This document shows, piece after piece, positions 20,757 to 28,986 of a DNA stretch of 64,000 nt. Both the position numbers and the translations under genes were made by a program. Position 1 is the stretch's first letter, and every line of letters begins with the position of its first letter. Origin of the DNA: Caproicibacter sp. (GTDB taxonomy: Bacteria; Bacillota; Clostridia; Oscillospirales; Acutalibacteraceae); NCBI GenBank assembly GCA_036741535.1, contig DAINSB010000001.1:1503-65502 (forward strand). Reading direction: 5' to 3'. The notes under the pieces are model-generated. The model saw only the letters and a list, made by a program, of their open reading frames with translations, was not told the DNA's origin and did not search any database.

Positions 20757-21401
20757 TTAAAGATTCCCCTTTTCCAGCTTTGCAAGCGCCAGGTCGATCG
20801 TGATGCGAAAATCGTCGTTCCTCTTTTTCGCGCCGGAAAAATCCCGGTAGGCGGCGGGGCGATAGTAAAAACCTTTTTTCTGATTCAAAAGAAAGTCGAG
20901 CGCCTCGCCGTCCCTTCCGAGGCGGACGAGCATGGCCGCGGCGGACGCCGCGTACGCCGCATGGTAGGGCTCGAGCCGAAAGGCCTGCCGGTAGCGGGAC
21001 TCCGCCTCTTCATACCGACGCTCCGCGCCGAGCGCGCCCGCGAGCTCGGCCAGGATCTTGGCCCGGATCCGGTCCGCCTGGTCGATGCGCAGTCCCCTTT
21101 CCTCCAGGGCGCCGGCCGGAAGGGCGTCCCAGCCGGCGGAATCCAGATACGCCTCCGCGTATCGGATCAGCCGCCGCCTGTAGTCTTCGCCCAGCCAGCT
21201 GCAGGCTTTTTCACACAGGTAGGTTTCCCGAGGCGTGGCCGGTTCCCCGCAGAGGTCCAGCACCAGGCGCAGCGCCTCTTCGTCGGACCCGGCGCGCTTC
21301 CGGCAGACCGCCGCCTCGGCCTCCCGCCGCGGGTTGTGGGGCACCGGCTCCCCGAGCAGGGAAAAGAGGGCGGCGGCCAGATCGGCGTCGTGCTTCTTCA
21401 C
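20757..21401 (-). CDS. TPR-like helical repeat protein (hypothetical), last gene of the mcsA-mcsB unit
   Basis: 214-aa Ala/Leu/Arg-rich helical ORF starting 4 nt after the mcsB stop. Confidence 0.55.
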   Translation of the reverse strand: MKKHDADLAAALFSLLGEPVPHNPRREAEAAVCRKRAGSDEEALRLVLDLCGEPATPRETYLCEKACSWLGEDYRRRLIRYAEAYLDSAGWDALPAGALEERGLRIDQADRIRAKILAELAGALGAERRYEEAESRYRQAFRLEPYHAAYAASAAAMLVRLGRDGEALDFLLNQKKGFYYRPAAYRDFSGAKKRNDDFRITIDLALAKLEKGNL

Positions 21402-21404
21402 CGG

Positions 21405-22445
21405 TCAGCCCTCCCCTTCCGCCGTCAGGGAAGCGAGCCGCTCCCGGACGGCGGACGCGCGTGCGGCGGCGTTTTTCTCCGGCGACGGATCTCCTCCGCA
21501 GCGCATCGACAGCGTCGCGGGCCGGACCTGCAGGATCAGACGGTCCACCGCGTCGAATCCGGCGCCGGAGATGAGACGCGCGGCGATCCCGAGACGGACG
21601 AGGGAAACGAGGCCGAGAAATTCCTCATAGGTCAGGCGTTCCGCCGTCCGAAGGCCGCGGGCGGCGTCCTTGACGGCCCGGACGGAAGCGGGATCGCTCA
21701 GGTACTCTTTGCGCGCCGCGCGCTCCTGAGAAACGACCTGCTGCGCAATGCCGCCCAGATTTTCGACCGCGTCCCGCTCGGACAGGCCCATCGTCATCCG
21801 GTTGACGAGGAAATAGAGCTCCCCGCCGGTCTCCGGGGCCGGCTCCCACAGGTTCTGCAGGGACATGCCGATGCGCATCAGATTGGCGGAAAGCCTCGCG
21901 ACCGCGCCGGAATCGGCGAGCGCCGGAAGATGGAGCAGGAACGAAACGATCATCCCCGTCCCGAGATGCGCCGGGTTCCGGGTCAAATATCCAAGCTGCG
22001 GATCGAAGGCGAAATGGAGGGATTTGTCCAGCACCGTCTCCACAAGGTCCGCCTTTTCAAACGCTTCCGAAAGGCTGAACCCGCAGGAGGCCGCGCGGAT
22101 GGCGACGTGGTCCTCACCGTTCACCAGGATGCTGCAGGATTCGTCCCGGGAGACGAAGAGCCCGCGCCCTTCCCGCTCCGCGATAAAGTTCGCGTCCGCC
22201 AGCCCGCGTTCCACAAGGGAAACCGCCTTCGTCTCATCCAGACCGTCCAGCACGAAAAAGCGGAATCCTTCGCCCTGCAGGAGATTCCGGTCGAAAACGG
22301 CGGCATGGACCTCTTTGAGCACGTCCCGCCGCTCTTCGGCGTCCATCCTCGCGGGGAACGGGGTTCCCCCAAGGTTGCGGAGCAGACACACCCTTCCGCA
22401 TAAGACCACATCCCGGTCCCGCCCGACCGGAAAGCGGCTAGCCAT
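21405..22445 (-). CDS. mcsB: protein arginine kinase (ATP:guanido phosphotransferase)
   Basis: Start MASRFPV. LLRNLGGTPFPARM, NGEDHVAIR and GTGM phosphagen-kinase-like motifs. Confidence 0.85.
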   Translation of the reverse strand: MASRFPVGRDRDVVLCGRVCLLRNLGGTPFPARMDAEERRDVLKEVHAAVFDRNLLQGEGFRFFVLDGLDETKAVSLVERGLADANFIAEREGRGLFVSRDESCSILVNGEDHVAIRAASCGFSLSEAFEKADLVETVLDKSLHFAFDPQLGYLTRNPAHLGTGMIVSFLLHLPALADSGAVARLSANLMRIGMSLQNLWEPAPETGGELYFLVNRMTMGLSERDAVENLGGIAQQVVSQERAARKEYLSDPASVRAVKDAARGLRTAERLTYEEFLGLVSLVRLGIAARLISGAGFDAVDRLILQVRPATLSMRCGGDPSPEKNAAARASAVRERLASLTAEGEG

Positions 22446-22881
22446 CGGAACGGCCCCCCGGCTTCCCCGGCTTCCGGACGGGAGGCCGCATGTCAAGCCT
22501 TTCCACCGCGCGGACCTGCGGCAGATCGGCCCCGGGGGCCTTGCCGCTGTGAACGGCGCTGCCGTGGAGCTGGCGGATAACCGGCGTCAGTTTCTGCTGA
22601 AATATATGGTAACACTCTGCACATCCGACCCGGCCGCTGCGTACAATGTCGTTGAAAGACATTCCGCAGCATTTGCAGCGCAAAGTGTCGGCAGCTCCGT
22701 TTTTATTTTTAAAAAATTCATGGGAAATCTCCCCAAACCCGTACCATAAACCGGCAAAGGGGTTTCCGCAGCCCAACTGCTGGGCGCATTCGGCACAAAG
22801 GGCATATTCCGTCAATTTGCCGTCTGCAACTGTTCTGACATAAGTCGAGGCGGGGTTCTTTTTGCACCTTTGACACAGCAT
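22438..22881 (-). CDS. mcsA: McsA-like activator (two CxxC zinc knuckle pairs plus a UVR-like motif)
   Basis: MLCQRCKKNPA...CAEC...CKCCG...CAECY. Overlaps the mcsB start by 8 nt. Confidence 0.8.
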   Translation of the reverse strand: MLCQRCKKNPASTYVRTVADGKLTEYALCAECAQQLGCGNPFAGLWYGFGEISHEFFKNKNGAADTLRCKCCGMSFNDIVRSGRVGCAECYHIFQQKLTPVIRQLHGSAVHSGKAPGADLPQVRAVERLDMRPPVRKPGKPGGRSDG

Positions 22882-23157
22882 CTTCGTCAGCCTCCCACAC
22901 CGATTTTGCTGTTACGCTGATATTCTGCCACAAACGCGGAGCGACTGTGGTAGAATCGGCCATCGCCGCGAACGCCCGAAAGGGCGAGCCGGCGGGCCAT
23001 AAAAATCGGTATCATAACTGCCCTGCGGTTATTATACCATGATTTCAGCGGAAAACAAAACACGGATCGCCGCACTGAAGTTTCCAGTCCAAAACCTGTA
23101 ACACGTTTTGTTCGATCGCAATATTATATACTGAAAACCGAAAGGAGGAAATCACTT

Positions 23158-23316
23158 ATGTGCAATTGCAATAACAACTGTTTTGGCGGTGGCGGCTGCT
23201 CCTGGATCATCATCCTTCTTATCATCTGGCTGGTATGCTGTGGCTGCGGCAATAGCTGCGGCAGCGGCTGCGGCACTGGCTGCGGCGACGGCTGCAACAA
23301 CAATTGTGGCTGCTGA
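23158..23316 (+). CDS. 52-aa cysteine-rich microprotein with a central hydrophobic helix
   Basis: Own translation: MCNCNNNCFGGGGCSWIIILLIIWLVCCGCGNSCGSGCGTGCGDGCNNNCGC*. RBS AAAGGAGGAA lies 7 nt upstream, and a terminator follows directly. The ORF track shows only an out-of-frame poly-Ala ORF here. Confidence 0.7.
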   Translation: MCNCNNNCFGGGGCSWIIILLIIWLVCCGCGNSCGSGCGTGCGDGCNNNCGC

Positions 23317-23357
23317 GCAAAAAAGGGCTGCGATCCGTTTCGCAGCCCCGTTTTTTT
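23317..23357. terminator. bidirectional terminator shared by the microprotein gene and the TSCPD gene
   Basis: AAAAAA-GGGCTGCG-atccgttt-CGCAGCCC-CGTTTTTTT. Confidence 0.85.
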
Positions 23358-23643
23358 ATTTTCCGGCGGCCTGAAGCGCCATGGCCTGAAGCAGCGCCTT
23401 CGCCAGCTGGTCCGGGCAGGACGTGGGTTTCGTCCCGCACCGGATCCCCTTCAGCCGGCGGACAACCTCCGCCGCTTTCATCCCCCGCACCAGCGAGCCG
23501 ACGCCCTGCAGGTTCCCGTTGCAGCCCCCCGTGAACTGCACCGAGCGGATCGTATCCCCGTCCAGATCGATGAGGATTTCGCTGGAACAGGTCCCCTGGG
23601 TTCGATAGCGATACTGCATAAAAAAGTCCTTCTTTTCCATCAT
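23356..23643 (-). CDS. TSCPD-domain small protein (TIGR03905-like, four conserved Cys)
   Basis: 95-aa ORF: YRYRTQGTCSSEI...FTGGCNGNLQG...GIRCGTKPTSCPDQLA. Confidence 0.8.
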   Translation of the reverse strand: MMEKKDFFMQYRYRTQGTCSSEILIDLDGDTIRSVQFTGGCNGNLQGVGSLVRGMKAAEVVRRLKGIRCGTKPTSCPDQLAKALLQAMALQAAGK

Positions 23644-23659
23644 TTTGAAAAGGTCCCGC

Positions 23660-24460
23660 TTATTGCCGAAGCAGCTTTTCCGCGGTAAAAGAACGCGCGG
23701 AAAGCAGCCAGAGCGGAATATCGACCAGGATCACCGCGAGCGAAACGATCAGGAACGCCCTGGCGTTCAGGGAGAAAAGCCCCACAAACTGCCCGACGAA
23801 CAACAGCACGATCGGCAGAACCAAAAATCCGGAGGTCTGGATGGATTCGTTATAGCTTTTGCTCCTGGCGGAAACCAGGACCATGAAGACCACGCCGAAC
23901 ACCGTGATCGCCGGCGCGAACAGAAAAACGAGCACCAGCCAGTCCCAGTTCAGAAAGAACGGCAGGCCGAGCAGAATGTCCCCGACCGAGATGGAGACGG
24001 AGAGCGCGACGAAGGAGACGGCCGTGATCACCGCCGAGAGGAAAATGCATCCGAGGACCTTCGCCTTGAAAATGCCCCGGACGCCGAGCGGGGTCAGCAG
24101 AAGCGTGACCAGCGTGCCGCGCTCCTTTTCCCCCACGAAGCTGCTCACCGCGGAAACGCAGGAGGACATCAGGGGGATCATCAGGAACAGCATGGGGCCG
24201 AGCAGATTCGTCAGCATGTAGAAAGAGCTCTGACGGGAATTGTAGTGCTGTGCCTCCGGCGGAAGGAGCTTTGCGACCCGGTCCATGCCGTGGAACGCAT
24301 TCGCCGGCGCCGCCCAGACGATCACCAGAAACAGGACCGGAAGGCCAACCGCCAGCAGCAGCGCAACGATCAGCAGGGTGTTGCGGACGATGGGCACGTC
24401 CCACATTTCCCGGAAATCCTTCTGCACGACCGCCTTCTGTGCGTCCGAGAGAAGTTTCAT
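23660..24460 (-). CDS. ABC-2 type transporter permease
   Basis: 266-aa ORF with 6 predicted TM helices. Overlaps the ATPase gene stop by 4 nt. Confidence 0.75.
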   Translation of the reverse strand: MKLLSDAQKAVVQKDFREMWDVPIVRNTLLIVALLLAVGLPVLFLVIVWAAPANAFHGMDRVAKLLPPEAQHYNSRQSSFYMLTNLLGPMLFLMIPLMSSCVSAVSSFVGEKERGTLVTLLLTPLGVRGIFKAKVLGCIFLSAVITAVSFVALSVSISVGDILLGLPFFLNWDWLVLVFLFAPAITVFGVVFMVLVSARSKSYNESIQTSGFLVLPIVLLFVGQFVGLFSLNARAFLIVSLAVILVDIPLWLLSARSFTAEKLLRQ

Positions 24461-25380
24461 GTCTCCTTTTCCCCCCTTGCAAGCCTGACATATTTGAAAT
24501 ATACATTCTCAAGCGTGGGGCTGACGATCCTCGCTTCGTAGACATCGTGCCCCGCACCGACGATCTTTTTGAGCAGCGCGGGCATCTCTTCCTCGCTCGA
24601 CAGGTCCGCGCGCCACCAGCCGTCCGAGCCGCGGTCGAACCCCTCCAGCTCGTCGCCGTCTTTCAGCCGCAGGACCGCGCGCCGGTGCATCGACGCGTTC
24701 CTCCCGAGTGTCTCGAGGTCCCCCACGCCCAGCAGGGTCCCCCTTTCGAGGATCCCGTAGTGCCGGCAAATATCCTGCGCGTACCGAAGCTGATGGGTGC
24801 ACAGGAACACCGTGACGCCCTCCGAACGGGCAAGGTCGGCGATCATGCCGTTTACGCCCCGGGCCGCCTCCGGGTCGAGCCCGCTGGTGGGCTCGTCCAG
24901 CAGCAGAATCTTCGGGCGGTGGATCAGCGCCCTCGCGAGCGAGAGGCGCTGCGCCATGCCCGTCGAGTATTCCCGCAGCCTTTTGTCGCGCGCATCCCAG
25001 AGATCCATGCGCTTCAGAAGCTCTTCGGAGCGCGAGTGGGCTTCGTCGGAGGGTAACTCCGCCGTTCTGGCGAAAAAGAGCAGATTTTCCCTGCCGGTCA
25101 TCTGCCCGTACATTCTGGCGCCGTCCGTCACCACGCCGCAGACGCGGTGGACCTCCCGGAATTTTTTGACGGGGGAAAAGCCGCCCACCGTACAGGACCC
25201 GCCCGTCGGGGCGAGGAGCCCCGTCAGCAGCCTGACGGTCGTCGTCTTTCCCGCCCCGTTCGGCCCGAGAAAGCCGAAGACATCGCCGGCCGGCACGTCC
25301 AGGGTCAGGTCCTGCAGGGCGGCGACGGACCCGCCGTAAATCTTCGTCAGCCCCTCGGCGTGGATCGCCGTCTCAGCCAT
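24457..25380 (-). CDS. ABC transporter ATP-binding protein
   Basis: Walker A GPNGAGKTT, signature YSTGMAQRL, Walker B LLLDEPTSGLD. Confidence 0.9.
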   Translation of the reverse strand: MAETAIHAEGLTKIYGGSVAALQDLTLDVPAGDVFGFLGPNGAGKTTTVRLLTGLLAPTGGSCTVGGFSPVKKFREVHRVCGVVTDGARMYGQMTGRENLLFFARTAELPSDEAHSRSEELLKRMDLWDARDKRLREYSTGMAQRLSLARALIHRPKILLLDEPTSGLDPEAARGVNGMIADLARSEGVTVFLCTHQLRYAQDICRHYGILERGTLLGVGDLETLGRNASMHRRAVLRLKDGDELEGFDRGSDGWWRADLSSEEEMPALLKKIVGAGHDVYEARIVSPTLENVYFKYVRLARGEKET

Positions 25381-25469
25381 GGAAAAACCACCTCGGCCCT
25401 TATCATATCACATTTGGGGACGGAAAACCATCTCCGCAGGAGTTTCCCGAAATTCTCGCGGGCATAAAA

Positions 25470-25645
25470 GCCTCACGCGCCTACGGCGGGTCACAACTTG
25501 CCCCGGGGACGCTCTCGACCGGCTATATGCAAAACCGCACGCAGGCTCAGCCTGCCGGGAGTTTTGCAAGACTCTCCCGCCAAACAAAACCCGGACTTTT
25601 TGCCGAGTTGCCCGGCGGGGCCTGGCCGCGGCGACACGCCGCCGC
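25470..25645 (-). repeat. GC-rich 3'-flank repeat, copy A
   Basis: Starts at the stop codon of the 25645..26463 gene. Shares ordered blocks with copy C (59765-59962) and the 15-mer CCCGCCGTAGGCGCG with copy B. Confidence 0.6.
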
Positions 25646-26463
25646 TACTCGAGGTTCAGCTTCCGGCTCAGAATCCAGTCGGTGAAGAAGTAAAACAGTG
25701 CGCCGAAAACCAGCGTATAGGCAATCTGAACCCCAAGAAAGCCCGCAAGGACCGGGGCCGACGCATCCCAACCATACCTCATGCTGCCGAAACCGACAAA
25801 AAAGTCGGAAAAAATCGACGCGCGAACGCCGGCATTCATCAGCAGCGACGTCACGACCTGCTCCACGACGCTGACGCCGAGGAACACCCCGAAAGCCGCC
25901 AGCAACTTATGCCTGCTGCTGAAATTGCCGACGGCGATGGAAAGGTAGATATGGAGCGTCACCTCGGCGATCGAAAACAGGGCGAGGATAATTACCTCTG
26001 CCAGAACGCCGTAAAACGAAGCGCCGAACGGCTCGTACGCGCGCAGGAAAGAAGGCCATCCCTCGCGCATCTGCTGCAGCGTATTGGCATCGACCGCGAG
26101 CAGGAAGATGGAGAGCGCCGCGACGATCAGGCTCAGGACCGTCCACATGACCGTGACGATGGTTTTCGCGTCCAGGTGCATATGCGTTTTGACCGGCAGC
26201 GTAAAGGAAAGGTACCCTTCGTCGCCGAGCAGGTTCTTCTGGAAGCGCTGGATCAGCACGACGAGCGTCATGACGAAAAGGGCCGCGATCAGAAGGACAT
26301 AGATCGTCATCGCGACGGTGAACGGGACAGAGCCCCCGAATTCATCGTAATTGGCACTGATAAAAATCTTATTCACGAGGGCGAAGACGAGGATGAGCCC
26401 GTAAAGCGGCAGAAAGATGCGCCGCGTGGCCCGGATCTCGTATTTGATCAAATTGCCTAACAT
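25645..26463 (-). CDS. multi-TM permease partner of the YtrA-type ABC module
   Basis: 272-aa hydrophobic ORF overlapping the upstream ATPase gene. Confidence 0.7.
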   Translation of the reverse strand: MLGNLIKYEIRATRRIFLPLYGLILVFALVNKIFISANYDEFGGSVPFTVAMTIYVLLIAALFVMTLVVLIQRFQKNLLGDEGYLSFTLPVKTHMHLDAKTIVTVMWTVLSLIVAALSIFLLAVDANTLQQMREGWPSFLRAYEPFGASFYGVLAEVIILALFSIAEVTLHIYLSIAVGNFSSRHKLLAAFGVFLGVSVVEQVVTSLLMNAGVRASIFSDFFVGFGSMRYGWDASAPVLAGFLGVQIAYTLVFGALFYFFTDWILSRKLNLE

Positions 26464-27155
26464 TTGAATACCTCCCGGAAGAGCGCGTCCACGCTTTTTT
26501 TCTCTTTTTCCCGAATGTCGTCCACCGTCGAGGTCAGCACGATATTGCCCATATTGATAAAAATGACGTCGTCCAGAATCTTTTCCACATCCGTGATCAG
26601 ATGCGTCGAGATGACCAGCGTGGCGTTTTCGCTGTAGTTGCCGAGAATGGTGTCGAGGATATAGTCACGCGCCGCCGGGTCGACGCCGCCGATGGGTTCG
26701 TCGAGCACATAGAGCTCGGCCTCGCGGCTCATGACCAGGATGAGCTGCACCTTCTCTTTCGTGCCCTTCGACATGGTCTTCAGCCGGTCCCTGGGGTTGA
26801 TGTGGAGCCGCCCCAGCATGTCGTACGCCTTTTCCTTCCTGAAATCCGCGTAGAAATCGCCGAAGAAGTCGATGATCCCCTGTACGCTCATCCAGTCGTT
26901 CAGATACGTCCTCTCCGGCAGGTACGACACGATCTTCTTGGTCTCGACGCCCGGCTTCCTGCCCTCTATCAAAACCTCTCCGCCGTTGGGGGTCAGCAGG
27001 CCGTTCGCCAGCTTGATCAGCGTCGTTTTTCCGCTTCCGTTCGGGCCGAGCAGCCCGACGATCCTTCCCCTGGGGATGGAAAGGTTCACCGAATTCAGCG
27101 CCAGGCACCCCGGGAAATATTTCGTGAGATTTCTGCACTCCAAGATGCTATCCAT
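26457..27155 (-). CDS. ABC transporter ATP-binding protein
   Basis: Start MDSILECRNL. GPNGSGKTT, LSKGTKEKV-type signature, LYVLDEP. Confidence 0.9.
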   Translation of the reverse strand: MDSILECRNLTKYFPGCLALNSVNLSIPRGRIVGLLGPNGSGKTTLIKLANGLLTPNGGEVLIEGRKPGVETKKIVSYLPERTYLNDWMSVQGIIDFFGDFYADFRKEKAYDMLGRLHINPRDRLKTMSKGTKEKVQLILVMSREAELYVLDEPIGGVDPAARDYILDTILGNYSENATLVISTHLITDVEKILDDVIFINMGNIVLTSTVDDIREKEKKSVDALFREVFKC

Positions 27156-27525
27156 TCCGTTCTTCCTCCTTAATCGTCTGCTCGAGAAGGGCGATGCTCC
27201 GCCGGTTTTCATAACCCAGCCTGTTCATTTTGTCTATAAAATCGTGGATCAATCCGACCGCAAGATTTTCTTTGAGTTGTGCGATCCGGTCCACGTTTTC
27301 CGTCACGAACCGCCCGCTCGTCCTCTGGGCATACAGCAGCCCCTCCGTTTCCAGCTGCGACAGGGCGCGCTGCATGGTATTCGGATTGACCGCCGCTTCG
27401 GCGGCCATGTCGCGCACGGAAGGGAGCCTCGAACCCGGCGGATAAATTCCGGAGACGATCATCAACTGAATCTGCTCCACCAACTGCGCGTAAATCGGCC
27501 TGTCGGATTTAAGATCCCACGGCAT
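27148..27525 (-). CDS. GntR-family (YtrA subfamily) transcriptional regulator
   Basis: Start MPWDLKSDRPIYAQLVEQI after GGAGGT. Winged-HTH LPSVRDMAAEAAVNPNTMQRA. Short C-terminal domain. Confidence 0.85.
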   Translation of the reverse strand: MPWDLKSDRPIYAQLVEQIQLMIVSGIYPPGSRLPSVRDMAAEAAVNPNTMQRALSQLETEGLLYAQRTSGRFVTENVDRIAQLKENLAVGLIHDFIDKMNRLGYENRRSIALLEQTIKEEERNG

Positions 27526-27544
27526 AAAATTACCTCCGGCCTTA

Positions 27545-27592
27545 TGTATTAATTTACTAATACAATTATACATATTTCCCTTTTTCTGTCAA
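27545..27592 (-). promoter_or_regulatory. promoter (TTGACA-16-TGTATAAT) with overlapping inverted-repeat operator
   Basis: Minus strand CTTGACAGAAAAAGGGAAATATGTATAATTGTATTAGTAAATTAATACA. Contains the inverted repeat GTATTA-N6-TAATAC. Confidence 0.7.
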
Positions 27593-27602
27593 GGGGTTCA
27601 GC

Positions 27603-27925
27603 TCACATCCCGCTTTTTAAACACGAACAGCCCGCAGGCGGTAAAGACGATGAGCGTGAACAGGACGACCAGCAGCGGCGTCCGCATCTGCGCGAGGGAA
27701 TCCGCGGCCGCGATGACGGGAAACTGCCAGGAAAAGCTCACCGTCGCCTTCCCTCACGGATTTGCCATCATCACGTTCAGAAGGATGCAGATGCCGTCGA
27801 ACACCAACCAGCGCGTAGATGTCGCCTTTTTTCACCTGGAAATCCAAGTCGGAAACCGCGGCAAATTTTCCGTAGCTTTTGCAGGCGCGGTCTGTTTTCA
27901 GTATGACTTCGGACAAATTTAACAC
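27603..27925 (-). pseudogene. deletion remnant: first ~40 codons of an ABC ATPase fused out of frame to the last ~65 codons of a permease (with an internal TGA)
   Basis: N-terminus (M)SEVILKTDRACKSYGKFAAVSDLDFQVKKGDIYALVG, then Walker A is missing. Another frame reads VFDGICILLNVMMANP*GKATVSFSWQFPVIAAADSLAQMRTPLLVVLFTLIVFTACGLFVFKKRDVS*. Confidence 0.65.
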
Positions 27926-27931
27926 CTCTTC

Positions 27932-27985
27932 TGTACTATTGTACTAATTTACTAATACAATAGTACATTTAATCCCGTCTGTCAA
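27932..27985 (-). promoter_or_regulatory. paralogous promoter (TTGACA-17-TATTGT) plus perfect 12-bp inverted-repeat operator
   Basis: TGTACTATTGTA-ctaatttactaa-TACAATAGTACA. Its core ATTGTATTAGTAAATTA is shared with the GntR operon operator at 27545-27572. Confidence 0.7.
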
Positions 27986-27999
27986 GCCTTTTTTATGCG

Positions 28000-28288
28000 G
28001 AGTCGAAGCGGCGTGCCGCCGCTGCCGAGCCCTGCCGTTCAGGCCGGTGAAAAAGCTCCCGGGGCCAAAAAATGTCCTCGGGAGAAATATCCAGACCGTC
28101 CAGGGCGCAAAGCGTCTTTCGCGCCTACGGCGGGCACGGCGTCGGCTTTGTGAAAACTGCGTCTTGCCTTCTCATCCCGGGAACGCACCCGATCGGTCTT
28201 CCGCCCCGGGACGCACCCGATCGCCGGGTGTAAACTTGTGTGCAGGCCTCAGCTCGCCCCGGCCGTAACAGCATCGGCGCGCTCGGCA
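28000..28288 (-). repeat. GC-rich 3'-flank repeat, copy B (with internal ~28-nt tandem duplication)
   Basis: Begins at the stop of the HD gene. Contains CCCGCCGTAGGCGCG (28120-28134 on the plus strand) and the direct repeat CCCGGGAACGCACCCGATCG / CCCCGGGACGCACCCGATCG (28176-28223). Confidence 0.5.
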
Positions 28289-28882
28289 CTATTTCTGGTT
28301 TCTGCGGACCTCGGAGGTTCCTTTTTCCCGCAGATAAGTGCTCTCAAGGTCGGAGAGATGGAGCTTCACCGCCAGCGGATACCGGTCGAACGCCTGGCTG
28401 ATGGAAAAATTGCCGCCCTTGACCGCGTCGTCGAATCCCCCCATATGCCAGCGGATCGCGATCGCTTCCGCGGGTTTCAGGCGCATGAACCGCTCGATCA
28501 GAAAGACGGACTTCTCGCCGTGCCCATACGGAAAACTGTCGCGGATGGAATAATAAGGGCGCTTTTCCCACGCGCCCGTCTCCTCGTTTTTCACATTGCG
28601 CGTTCCCCTGACATAAAACTGCGTTTTGCAGATGTCGTGGAGCAGGGCGCAGATGGCGAAGCTCTCTTCGCTGTCTTTTTCCGGGTCGAAATGCTTTTCG
28701 CGCATGACATGATAGACGCTCACGCTGTGCTGCGCGAGCCCGCCGAGACAGGCACAGTGGAACTTTGTGCTGGCCGGGGCGACAAAAAAATCCGTGGTGC
28801 GCAGCCAGTCGAGCAGTCCTTTGGAACCCGCCCTGAAGATTTCTTTTTGATAAATATCTTCAAATTCTTCTCTGGCACCCAT
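28289..28882 (-). CDS. HD-domain phosphohydrolase
   Basis: 197-aa ORF with H...HD (ALLHDICK) metal-binding motifs. Confidence 0.75.
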   Translation of the reverse strand: MGAREEFEDIYQKEIFRAGSKGLLDWLRTTDFFVAPASTKFHCACLGGLAQHSVSVYHVMREKHFDPEKDSEESFAICALLHDICKTQFYVRGTRNVKNEETGAWEKRPYYSIRDSFPYGHGEKSVFLIERFMRLKPAEAIAIRWHMGGFDDAVKGGNFSISQAFDRYPLAVKLHLSDLESTYLREKGTSEVRRNQK

Positions 28883-28986
28883 GGAAAATTGCCTCCAATC
28901 GTTTATAATAGGATTATAACATAAAACGGAGTTGTTTCATTGCAAATTGGCATGAAATGAACAATTGAAATCGGGAGGATCAAACT

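Noticed and set aside
22882-23157. CtsR operator upstream of mcsA.
   Set aside because: No GGTCAAA-type heptad direct repeat is found on either strand by eye. Only weak -10-like sequences are present.
23183-23374. 63-aa poly-Ala ORF from the track.
   Set aside because: It has no RBS and runs through the terminator hairpin. The +1-shifted frame from 23158 has an RBS, a coherent Cys-rich/TM architecture and a stop before the terminator.
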